This document shows positions 26,501 through 38,500 of a stretch of DNA of 64,000 nt, one piece after another (positions within the stretch are counted from its first letter, which is position 1; every line of letters begins with the position of its first letter). The notes under the pieces are model-generated. The model saw nothing but the letters and a program-made list of their open reading frames with translations. It was not told the origin of the DNA and searched no databases. Location of the stretch: assembly GCA_965113315.1 (NCBI GenBank), contig OZ220363.1. The stretch is one strand, 5' to 3'. This stretch comes from Podarcis vaucheri (lineage: Eukaryota). The position numbers and the translations under genes were made by a program.

Positions 26501-29500
26501 TGTTCCCTACCTGCGATTGTGTTGTACCCAATCTGAAAGAGCTCAGAAAGTACAGATTCAGAGTAAAGGCTGTAAATGCTGCAGGGGAATCTGAGCCAAG
26601 TCTTTGCACTGCAGAAATACCATGCAAGGAAGTTCAAGGTAAGGATTGTTGGAAATAATTCTTTCCACTCGAACGTGTAGACATAGAAAAATCAAAGGAT
26701 TTGAAAACTGAAATGCAGGAATGGCTGTCCATTCCTTGAAACGTTAGAGTTTTCAAGAGTAAAGGAAACTTATTGGGGGGTGTTATGGGTACAAGGGAAA
26801 TCCCAACATCAATCTGATAGCAATAGAAGCTGGAGCTAGATTATTCTGCATACATTTGAGAAGGAACTCTTCTCAAAGTGTCCCTGCCATATGAGTTAAG
26901 GCAGATAGTGATCAAAGAGAGATCCTTCTCAGTGGTGGCACCAATTCATAGAATTCTCACCTCGGAAAGCCCACCTGACACCAACATTGTTATGGATTTG
27001 GGGCCAGCAAGGGTTTTGTTTTTGTTTTTTTTACTAGGGTGTTTCATGCGTTGTTCTAATTTATTATAGTTTGGTGTTATATGTTGTCATGTTTTTGTAA
27101 AGCTCTGCTAAAGGGCAGTATACATTTCAAACAAGTATATATCTTGATATCTTTGTTTATCATCAAGAGAATAATACACAACTGAGGCTTCAAGCCTACC
27201 CATTTACCCGGAAGAAAGATCCATCAATGTCAGCAAGACTTACTACTGAGTCTACTGTACATGCATAAGTTTACCCTATTAGAGAACTTATGTAGATGAC
27301 TTCTGACTATATTATTTATATGATATATTACTTGTATTTTGCAGAGGAGCCAGAAATATTTCTTGATATCGGAGCACAAGACCTACTCTCTTGCCGTACT
27401 GGTACAACAATCAGAATTCCAGCAGTTATTAAGGGACGTCCTGTTCCCAAAGTAACTTGGGAATTTGAAGGAGATGCAAAGAAAGCTGTAAAGGTCAGTG
27501 ACAAAACAAAGTAAACTGTTAAGAACTTCAAGCTAAAGCATTGTGTGTGTGTGTGTGTATTTACTATTTCTTCTTTGTTTAAAGGATGGACATAACATAC
27601 CTGAAGATGCCACGGTAAAAAATAGCTTATATTTGAATTCGCTTATTTTGCTTCTAATATTTGCATTTTTCAAGTCCTTTTTTAATTATTATTGCTAAGT
27701 AAGTTTATTTTGGTTTGTGCAGGTGGAATCAACTGATACCACATCAGTGATTACTATCCCTACATGTAACAGAGGTCATTCTGGAAAATACAGTATTACA
27801 GCAAAGAATAAAGCAGGACAGAAAACTGTAAATGTCAGGGTGAATGTCCTAGGTAAGACTAATCAATCTTAATATTGCACCGTTTCACAAATTTTTGTGA
27901 TACAAAAGTTCATATACTGTAAAACCCCATATAATGATTTTTCCAATCTGTTTTCATGATGAAATAGATGTTCCAGGGCCACCAAAAGACCTGAAAGTAA
28001 GTGACATAACAAGATGCAGCTGTAAACTTTCATGGAAAATGCCAGACAATGATGGTGGAGACAGAATCAGAAACTATATTATTGAGAAAAGAACTGTTGA
28101 AGGAAAAGCATGGACAAAAGTTAATCCCAACTGTGCTGGCACATCATTGGTTATTCCTGATCTCATAGCTGGGCAACAATACTTCTTCAGAGTACGTGCA
28201 GAAAACCGCTTTGGTGTTGGACCCCCAGCAGATACAATCCAAAGGACCACAGCGAGGGATCCAATCCGTAAGTTAAATCAAAATGGGACATTCATTCAGC
28301 CTTTGTTGGCAAAATTTAGACAAGAAAATCATAAAAAAGTAAGAAAACCTTCCATAAAACATTGGCAATCCGGGCATATTAAACACATAAAACATATGAA
28401 AGACTCAGTAGCCACCGTTAAGAAAATTAAAAAGTTTTAAATTTGACTTTTAAAATCTCAACTAAATATCCTGAAACAATCTCAGTGGTTTGGGGAGTAT
28501 CATTCCTCAGCAGATATTGGATTGCAGGTTCTCTGAAAATAAATACTTAAATACTTTAAGGGCGTAGCAAAGTGGGACATTTGTTTTTACTAATGATACT
28601 TTATTGTAGGGCAGTACTTACATTTTACTTTGCTCCTTTTTTAAAAAAAACAACACACAGATCCTCCTGACCCACCTATCAAGCTCAAAATTGGTCTTAT
28701 AACAAAGAACACGGTAAGCTTGACATGGAAACCTCCAAAGAATGACGGCGGTGCTCCCGTAACACATTATACTGTGGAGTGCCTTCGCTGGGACCGTAGT
28801 GGTGAAGGGAAGGAAGCCTGGCGACAGTGCAATAGACGGGATGTGGAAGAAACAAAGTTTACTGTTGAAGACCTTAAAGAAGGTGACGAATATGAATTCA
28901 GAGTGAAAGCAGTGAATGAAGCAGGTCCAAGCAGACCATCAGCTACTGTTGGGCCAGTCGTCGTCAAAGATCAGACATGTAAGTGCTGCAAAGCATTAGT
29001 AATTATTGCACTTCCAATATCCGCTCACTTGGGGCTCCGGGGGAGCAGTGTTTTTGTCACACAGTGCGGCCGTGGGCCAGTCCCAGGGGATCTGCCATCT
29101 TCCCACACAGCCAGGCAAAGGGATGGTCACATGGCAATGCCCTCCTCACATTGGGCTGAAAGCTACATTGAACAGGTACCCCGCTAAAGGGGTCCAGGAG
29201 GAGTGACTGTCTGAGAGCCCACATGATAGGCCAATATGCCTCTTGCAATGATGCCCTGTCGTGGCACCCGGTCCATGTTGGGGGCAACTCCCCAGCACAG
29301 CACAGGGTCATCCTCCATTGGGTCTCTTATCAGCCAGCACGTGCGTTGACTGATGATGGATACATGTCCATTGCCATAGCCAAACCTACTCATATCTGTA
29401 TTGAAGGAAGTTGTGGCCTAATTCAACCCAGTATCAATCTCTTGTGTTCATTTCCACAGTCTGCCCCGCACAGGGCTGCAGACATCATGTGTCTGCAATG

Positions 29501-32500
29501 CAAAGCATTTTGACTTCTGTATTCATAGTGGCTCAATAATTTTTGCTTGCTTTTGTTTGTAGGCCCTCCGTCTATTGAACTCAAAGAATTTATGGAGGCA
29601 GAAGAAGGGACAGATATCAAGATTGTAGCCAAAATAAAGGGCGTCCCCTTCCCGACATTGACTTGGGTCAAAGCTCATCCTAAGAAACCTGATGACAAAT
29701 TGCCAGTGCTATATGACCAACATGTCAACAAGATTGTGGATGAAAATTCCTGTACTTTGCTGATACAGCAATCTCGTAGAAAAGACACAGGCTTGTACAC
29801 TATAACTGCTGTCAATAACTTTGGAACAGATTCAAAGGAGATGAGGCTGAATGTGCTAGGTAAATATCAATGTATTTTGGCATTGGCAACCTAATTTACT
29901 GTTTGTTATATAATGTTCAAAACATGTCTCTCCTGTTATCAGTCTCTGCAGCCACAGCAGGCGCCGTAACTCTCCAATAATTTGACTTCATCCCTGAAGG
30001 CAAACTCTTCCATTTCCTCCCGAGATAGCTGGATGCCAACCACAACAATATAACACTCAACTTTGACAACAATTAATGCTTTATAAAATGTATTTTTCAG
30101 GTCGCCCTGGACCACCAGAAGGACCCATTAAATTTGAATCTATTTCCGCCGATCAGATGACAATTTCTTGGCTTCCTCCTAAAGATGATGGTGGATCTAA
30201 GATAACTAACTATGTTATTGAAAAAAGGGAAGCAAACAGAAGGACCTGGGTCCATGTTACCAATGAACCTAAAGAATGCATCTTCACAGTACCCAAACTA
30301 CTAGAAGGGCATGAATACATCTTCCGCATCATGGCACAGAATAAATATGGCGTTGGGGAACCTCTTGATAGTGAACCTGAAACTGCCAGAAATCTATTCA
30401 GTAAGCATACAGTTCTCTAAAATATCACCTGCGCTTATATTTATTGGCAAAGCAGAACATAAGTAATCTGATTAGATAGTATGAGAGCCCCAAGTTAAAA
30501 TTGTTATTTTTTTAATCTTCTGGATGGCTAAAATGTCTATAATAGTTTTTGAAGGCTTTTCGGAAATAGATCTTTTATGGCTATTTTTTCTGTTTCATCT
30601 TAAAACTATACCTGTTTTAAATGTTAAATATTGAATCTGTACTTATAACATTTTAGATTGTATTTAGCACAGTATAGACCATATCTTTGCCTTTCTTCAC
30701 CATAAAATAATAAAACGTTCAATTATCAGTGTGATCTTGTGCTCTGCTGGACACAATGAAGCACAGTGCTGTGGCAAAGGAACCCTTCATCAGCTCCGCT
30801 ATTCCAAGAAATACAAAATGCTGGCATTTGGTGCAGAGCTACTGTAAAAAGGGCTTTTCAGGGTGAAGATGCTCAGCCATGGCTCTAGCACAGGATTCTA
30901 GGACTTGACAGTTACGTATAACAAAGAAAAAGGAGGACTTTGTATAGCCCTTCCCTACTTACTTCACAAAATAAAAAAATTCCTTCCAGTAGCACCTTAA
31001 AGACCAACTAAGTTAGTTCTTGGTATGAGCTTTCGTGTGCATGCACACTTCTTCAGATAGGTATCTGAAGAAGTGTGCATGCACACGAAAGCTCATACCA
31101 AGAACTAACTTAGTTGGTCTTTAAGGTGCTACTGGAAGGATTTTTTTTATTTTGACTATGGCAGACCAACACGGCTACCTATCTATTACTTCACAAAGGT
31201 TGTCTCTGTAGGGGCTAATGAAAGACTGGGAAAGGAAACTTCAGATGAAGGCTATAGCATAAATACCATATATAAGCGGTCTATGTGGCCCCCGGAGCTT
31301 TGCTTTACTCTTGGTGTACTTTATTCCCTAGCTGTTCCTGGAATTTGTGACAAACCAACGGTCAGCAGTGTCACACATGACTCAATGACCGTCAACTGGG
31401 AGGAGCCAGAATATGATGGAGGCTCCCCTGTGACGGGTTATTGGCTGGAGCGTAAAGAGACCACTGGAAAGAGATGGACACGGGTTAACCGTGATCCTAT
31501 TAAACCTATGACATTGGGAGTTTCTTACAAAGTACCTGGCCTTATTGAAGGTTCAGATTACCAGTTCCGCGTCTATGCTATTAATGCTGCTGGTGTTGGA
31601 CCGCCAAGCATGCCGTCTGATCCAATAACTGCAAGAGACCCAATCTGTAAGTAATCAAGATCTATTTATTTATTTGGTGTGAAAGGGGGAAATATACTAA
31701 AAGATGGTATAGATGGTATATGTTTGAGAAATAATAAATACACAGTCTTGTGACAGAATGATGCAATATTTTTTTTCCCAGCTCCACCTGGTCCTCCATT
31801 TCCAAAAGTTACTGATTGGACAAAATCTTCCGTTGACCTTGAATGGACTCCTCCATTAAAAGATGGTGGTTCTAAAGTCACTGGTTACCTTGTTGAATTT
31901 AAAGAAGAAGGGAAAGAAGAATGGGAAAAGGTAGGTGAAATTCTGCCATTGAAAATTTATTTGAAACATTATGTCGATTCCATAATTGAACATACTGAGG
32001 AACATACCGAATCACTGAAAGGGCTACCAACTCATCTGTGTGGCTATAAGCAGCAAAAACCCATTGTTCCCCTTCCTCGTAGGTGGCTTTTAATGGTATC
32101 ATGAGTGAAAGATAAGGGAGGGAGGTAAGTGATGTGGTGTGGGGAGAGGCATGAAGTAAGGAGGTTCAGGAGGAAGGAATGAAAGGACTCAGGTACACAG
32201 CTGCAAATTAAACGTTTTGTGTTGTAAAGTGCAATATACAAGTGTGACACTAGATGGTGCCAGTGAGCTATGCAAAATCCAATGTATTTTTGGAAACGTT
32301 TTTTTGAAAAAGCATTTCCACAGTATCTTTAACATGTGTGTAGATTCCACCAAAGACACAAATTTTCTTTTTGTTTTCAGGCAAAAGATAAAGAAATAAG
32401 AGGGACCAAGTTTGTTTTGGCAGGATTGAAAGAAGGAGGTTTCTACAGATTTAGAGTCAGAGCAATAAATGCTGCTGGTATTGGAGAGCCTGGAGATGTC

Positions 32501-35500
32501 ACTGAAGTCATTGAAATAAAGGACAGAATAGGTATGTCTTAGGATAAAAACAGCCTCTCTTTGTTCTTGTGTGGGTAAAAGAATAGAAACTAAATATAAA
32601 ATATATTGTTTGTTTCTACAGTTGCTCCTGATCTCATGCTTGATGCTCATGTGAAGGACAGAATCGTTGTCCATGCTGGTGGAGTGATCCGCATTATAGC
32701 TTATGTCTCGGGAAAGCCACCTCCAACAATTACCTGGAACAGGGATGAGAGAGCTCTCCCAGAGGAGGCTAAAATCGAGGAAACTGCAATTAGTTCCTCT
32801 ATGGTCATAAAGAACTGCAAGAGAAGCCATCAGGGCTTATACACTCTTCTCGCTAAAAATGCCGGTGGAGAAAGAAAGAAGACTATTATTGTTGATGTGC
32901 TAGGTAAGCACTGAAAGCTGACTTGCTGATGGCTAGACTGCTGTTGAGGGCAGATGGCTGATGGATGAATGGCAGAAAGTCACACTTTTGTTGATGCATT
33001 TGCACTGGCTACCCATAGGTTACTGGATCAGGATGAAAGTTCATGTACAAAGCCCTGAACAACTTGAGTCCAAGATACCACAAGAAGTGTCTGCTCCCTT
33101 CTGTCCCATTTTGATGACTTAGATCATCTGAAGGAGGGCTGTTAGTTGTTCCCAATGTCTCAGAACCCTTAGTGTGTCATCAGTCCCATACTGCAGAAAA
33201 CTCTTCCAACAGAGAATCAGTGGACATCCTCCCCGTTAACCTTCAGACGTCTCTTGGAAGATGTTCTTATGCAGACAGGCCTATTCAGTTGTTTAATTTC
33301 CTTTATTTAGACGAGCCAGTCATTCTTGTGATTACTTTGTATTCATAGAATCATAGAGTTGGAAGAGACCACAAGGGCCATCGAGTCCAATCGAGTATTG
33401 TTTTATAGTATTTTCTTTTGTGCACTGCCTTGGTATATTATATGAGTGGGTGGGGTTATAGAAAAATATAGATATGTTTTTATAAATATGTTATTGCATC
33501 TATGTTATTATTTGGGTTCCAATTACAGAAATGCTAAATGTTCGTCTTAAAACCATTCTACTGTATTTCTTTCCTTCACAGATGTTCCAGGTCCAGTTGG
33601 CATTCCATTCCTTACTGAGAACCTAACCAACGACTCATGCAAACTTACGTGGTTTTCTCCTGAAGATGATGGTGGCTCAGCTATCACCAACTACGTAATT
33701 GAAAAACGTGAAGCAGACCACAGGGCTTGGACCCCAGTGACATATACGGTCACCAGGCAGAATGCAACAGTTCAGGGGCTGATTGAGGGCAAAGCATACT
33801 TCTTCCGAATTGCACCTGAGAATATTATTGGCATGGGCCCATTTGTGGAGACAACAAAAGAGATTTTAATCAGAGACCCAATAAGTAAGACTTTATTGTC
33901 TATTTTTTTTTCCAGTACTGATGAGGAAAATTTGCCTTGAAAAAAGTACCTAACATGGTGCATGTGTTTATTTCTAGCTGTGCCAGAAAGACCTGAGGAT
34001 CTGGAAGTCAAAGCAGTAACGAAGGATTCTGTTACACTGACCTGGAACCCACCTAAGTACAATGGTGGCTCTGATATAACCATGTATGTTTTGGAAAGCC
34101 GGCTTATTGGGAAAGAGAAATTTACCAGAATTACAAAAGAGAAAATGCTTGACAGAAAATACACAGTTGAAGATTTGAAAGAAGGTGACACTTATGAGTA
34201 TCGCGTGAGCGCTTGCAATATTGTGGGACAAGGCAAACCATCATTTGTTACGAAACCCATCACATGCAAAGATGAAATTGGTAAGTTTCCATTCTGGAGC
34301 AAACCAACCAACCAAATGTGCATTGGGTGATCTGTGAGTTTTTATAGATATCACTGAATCTTCTTTTCTTGAATAATACTTCTAGCTCCTCCACAACTTG
34401 AACTTGATATCCGAGAGAAGCTCACTGTCCGTGTAGGAGAAGCTTTCAGTCTGACTGGCCGTTACTCAGGCAAACCAGCACCAAAGATTACCTGGCTCAA
34501 AGATGAAATTTCTGTGAAAGAAGACAAACGGACAAAGATCCAGACTACGCCAGTTACTCTTTGTTTGGGGATATTGAAATCTGTCCGTGAAGATTCAGGC
34601 AAATATTGTGTCATTGTAGAAAACAGTTCGGGAACAAGAAAAGGTTTCTGTCAAGTTACTGTAGTTGGTAAGTATTGCTATAGTGCTAAAATAAGTTATT
34701 TCCACATGTGGTATGAATTAGAGCTGATCAAATGAGGGTGGGATGGCATATCACATGATAACATTTAACCTAATGCACATTGTGAAGAACTTTTCTGATA
34801 AATATATTTCTTTTACTTTTAAACAGATCGTCCTCAACCACCAGTGGGGCCAGTTATTTTTGATGAAGTTACTAAAGATCATTTTGTTATCTCCTGGAAA
34901 CCTCCCTTGGATGATGGTGGAAGTCCAATTACAAATTACATTATTGAGAAGAGAGATGCAAACAGAGACCTCTGGATGCCAGTCACGTCAGCCAATGTCA
35001 AGACAACGTGCAAAGTCCCTAAATTACTTGAGGGAAGAGATTATGTTGTCCGAATCTACGCTGAGAACTTGTATGGCATGAGTGATCCTTTAATATCTGA
35101 TGAAATGAAGGCCAAGGATCGTTTCAGTATGTAGTTTATTTGCTAATTCGTTTTACTTAAGTCTCCGCCATATATCTACTTCACTTGTATTTTCATATTA
35201 TATTTTTGTATGAAATGGATTTAAAACTTGAAAACGTTATTTCTTCAGGTGTTCCTGCTGCACCAGAGCAACCTATCATTAAAGGCGTCACCAAAAATTC
35301 TGCTTTAGTTACCTGGAAGAAGCCATATGATGGAGGAAAACCAATAACCAATTACATACTTGAAAAGAAGGAAACTATGTCTACTCGATGGGGAAGAGCC
35401 ACCAAAGATCATATTTACCCAGATACTCAGTTCAGGGTAACAGATCTTCTTGAAGGCTGTGAATATGAATTCCGAGTTTCAGCAGAAAATGAAATTGGCG

Positions 35501-38500
35501 TTGGTGATCCTAGCCCACCCTCAAAACCATTCTTCGCTAAGGATCCAATTGGTATATTATAAAACATTTTCTCATGTATTATATTTGTGATATTACTTGG
35601 TACCAATTAATCTCTTTTTCAGATTCATGATTCCAATGTAATGGGGTGTTGTTGTTTTTTCGTTTTTACAGTAAAACCAAGTCCACCAATTAATCCTGAA
35701 GCAGTGGATAAAACTAAAAGTTCAGTGCAATTGTCCTGGCAACCACCACGTCATGATGGAGGAGGCAAGATCATAGGCTATCTCATTGAGTACCAAAAGG
35801 ATGGAGATGAGGAGTGGAAAAAAGCCAACCATACAGCAGATTCTTGCCCTGAGACAAAATACAATGTCACCGGCCTCACTGAGGGTACCAAATATAGATT
35901 CAGAGTCTTTGCAGTCAATGGGGCAGGAGAATCCGAGCCAGCTAATGTTCGTGATCCAGTTGAAGTCAAGGACAGACTTGGTAAGCAGAACATGATGTTT
36001 TAATTGGTTTTAAAGGGCCAAAGTGGATATATTTTCTGAACACGAAGTCCCTTTTTTTTACAGAGGCTCCTGATTTAATCCTGGATGCTAATATGACACG
36101 AGAACAACATGTAAAAGTTGGAGATACATTGAGGCTAAGTGCTGTAATTAAAGGAATTCCATTCCCAAAAGTGACTTGGAAGAAAGAAGATAAGGAAGTT
36201 CCTACAAAGGCAGATATTGAGGTTACAGGAGTTGGCAGTAAGCTTGAAATTCGACACGCAGTCCATGAAGACGGAGGGAATTATTCCCTGACCGTGGAGA
36301 ATCCGGTTGGATCAAAGACTGTTTCAGTAAAAGTTATTGTTCTAGGTAATGAATGAAATGATGTTAACACTTCTACTGGGAGATAAAACATGACAGAGGT
36401 GAATGATAGGAACATACCTATGTACAACAGAAAAGCAGGAATGAAAAATTATATTTTTCATTATCTGTTAGCAACCTTGTTCCCCAACTTTGGAAGGGAA
36501 TTTTCTAAATGTTATGGAGCATTATCAGAATCCTTGCAGTGTTAAAACACACACATACCAAATATGGGTGGGTGCATAGTGGGTGCAAAGCCCATAGTCT
36601 TTGGAAAATATTAATTGTTCTCTGAGGTTCATAGTCACTGAAATTAATAATACTAATAATTTTATTATTTGTACTCTGCCCATCTGACTGGGTTGCCCCA
36701 GCCACAACACAAACATACATACAGCAAAGCTACTGTAAATTTGTTGAAGAAATCGGGGCGAGGGGCGTTGTACACAAACTAGTTTGATTTTACACCCTGT
36801 ACTTTGTGTCAGATTTAATTATCCAGGTTCAGATGAAAAATGTTTAGAAATTAAAAATGGTTAGAGGCTGTCCATCTTCATTTTCTACAAATAAGAAGTA
36901 TACAATCATAAGGAAAAGACTCTTTCTTGCAAATAATATACAGTGGTACCTCGGTTTACGAACTTAATCCATTCTGGAAGTCTATTCTTAAACCGAAACC
37001 GTTCTTAAACCGAGGCACGCTTTCCCTAATGAGACCTCCTGCCGCCGGTGCCCTTCCACCGTTTGGCTTCCATTCGTAGACCAAGGTAAAGTTTGCAAAC
37101 TGGGACACTACTTCCGGTCTTGCGGAGTTCTTAAACCGAATCGTTCGTAAACAGGACTGTTCTTAAACCGAGGTACCACTGTATTTAACACAATATTTTT
37201 ATACATAGACTACATCGAACATTTATTTCCATTTTTTTTCCAGATAAGCCTGGGCCTCCCAGGAATCTACAGGTCAGTGAAGTGAGAAGAGATTCTTGCT
37301 ATCTGACTTGGAAGGAACCTGAGGACAATGGTGGCTCTGTCATTACGAATTACATTGTGGAAAGGAAAGATGTTGCTGCTGCTCAGTGGCTACCAATATC
37401 ATCATCTTCTAAGAAACACAGTCTGTTGGCTAAATACCTCATGGAAGGCACTCAGTATCTCTTCCGTGTTGCTGCTGAGAACCAGTATGGAAGAGGTCCT
37501 TACGTTGAAACCCACAAGCCGATTAAGGCTATAGATCCACTTCGTAAGCACAGTTCACTTACTATTTTGTGTTCTTTTTTTTAAAAAAAAAAGAAAAACC
37601 TTTGTCGACTGTGTTGATCTATACAATGTGTATCAGCATTTGGAAATGTTTGTGTATAAAAATAGAAATGCTAATCCTGTTTTCATCTCGTTTTAAAAGA
37701 TCCTCCTGGTCCACCAAAGAACTTGCACCATGTAGATGTTGACAGGACACAAGTGTCTCTTGTTTGGAATTGGCCTGATCGGGATGGTGGCGCTGAAATA
37801 ACTGGATTTTTGGTGGAGTACCAAGAAGAAGGGAAAGAAGACTGGACAAAATTCAAAACAGTCCCTGTGCCAGAATGTGTTGTTACTGGTCTACAACAAG
37901 GGAAGATTTACAAATTCCGCGTAAAAGCCCAAAATATTGTGGGTCTTAGTCTTCCAGATACAACCATACCAATAGAGTGCCAAGAAAAAATAGGTAACCA
38001 CTGAATTTATATGACTGTTCACAGATTTCATATTCACTGCTGAAATGTAACTCTTGTAATGGGGAAATACCTATAATATAATCTGCGTGTTGTTGTTGTT
38101 TTATTTCAGTGCCACCATCAGTTGATCTAGATGTGAAATTAATAGAAGGCCTTGTTGTTAAAGCTGGCAGCACAGTGCGGTTCCCTGCAATCATGAGAGG
38201 CGTACCTGTTCCCACTGCAAAATGGGTCACTGATAATGTTGAAATCAAATCAGAAGGCAATTACAAGATTGATACTGATAATTACTCTACAGTTCTCACT
38301 ATTCAAAGCTGCACAAGAAAAGACACTGGAGAATATCTGCTCACAGTATCCAATATAGCTGGAAGCAGAACTGTTCCTGTTCATCTAACAGTTTTGGATG
38401 TTCCTGGTCCTCCAACTGGCCCAATTGATATTCTGGAAGTCACTCCCGATCATATGGTTATTGCTTGGCGACCTCCTAAAGATGATGGTGGAAGCGCTGT

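Noticed and set aside
29223-29513. [11 protein letters not shown] / VILHWV peptides resembling RNase H motifs
   Set aside because: Too short and lacking the catalytic residue spacing; cannot support a call.
33914-33950. CTGATGA...GAAA spacing suggestive of a second hammerhead
   Set aside because: No proper stem II closing onto GAAA and no UH cleavage site before stem I.
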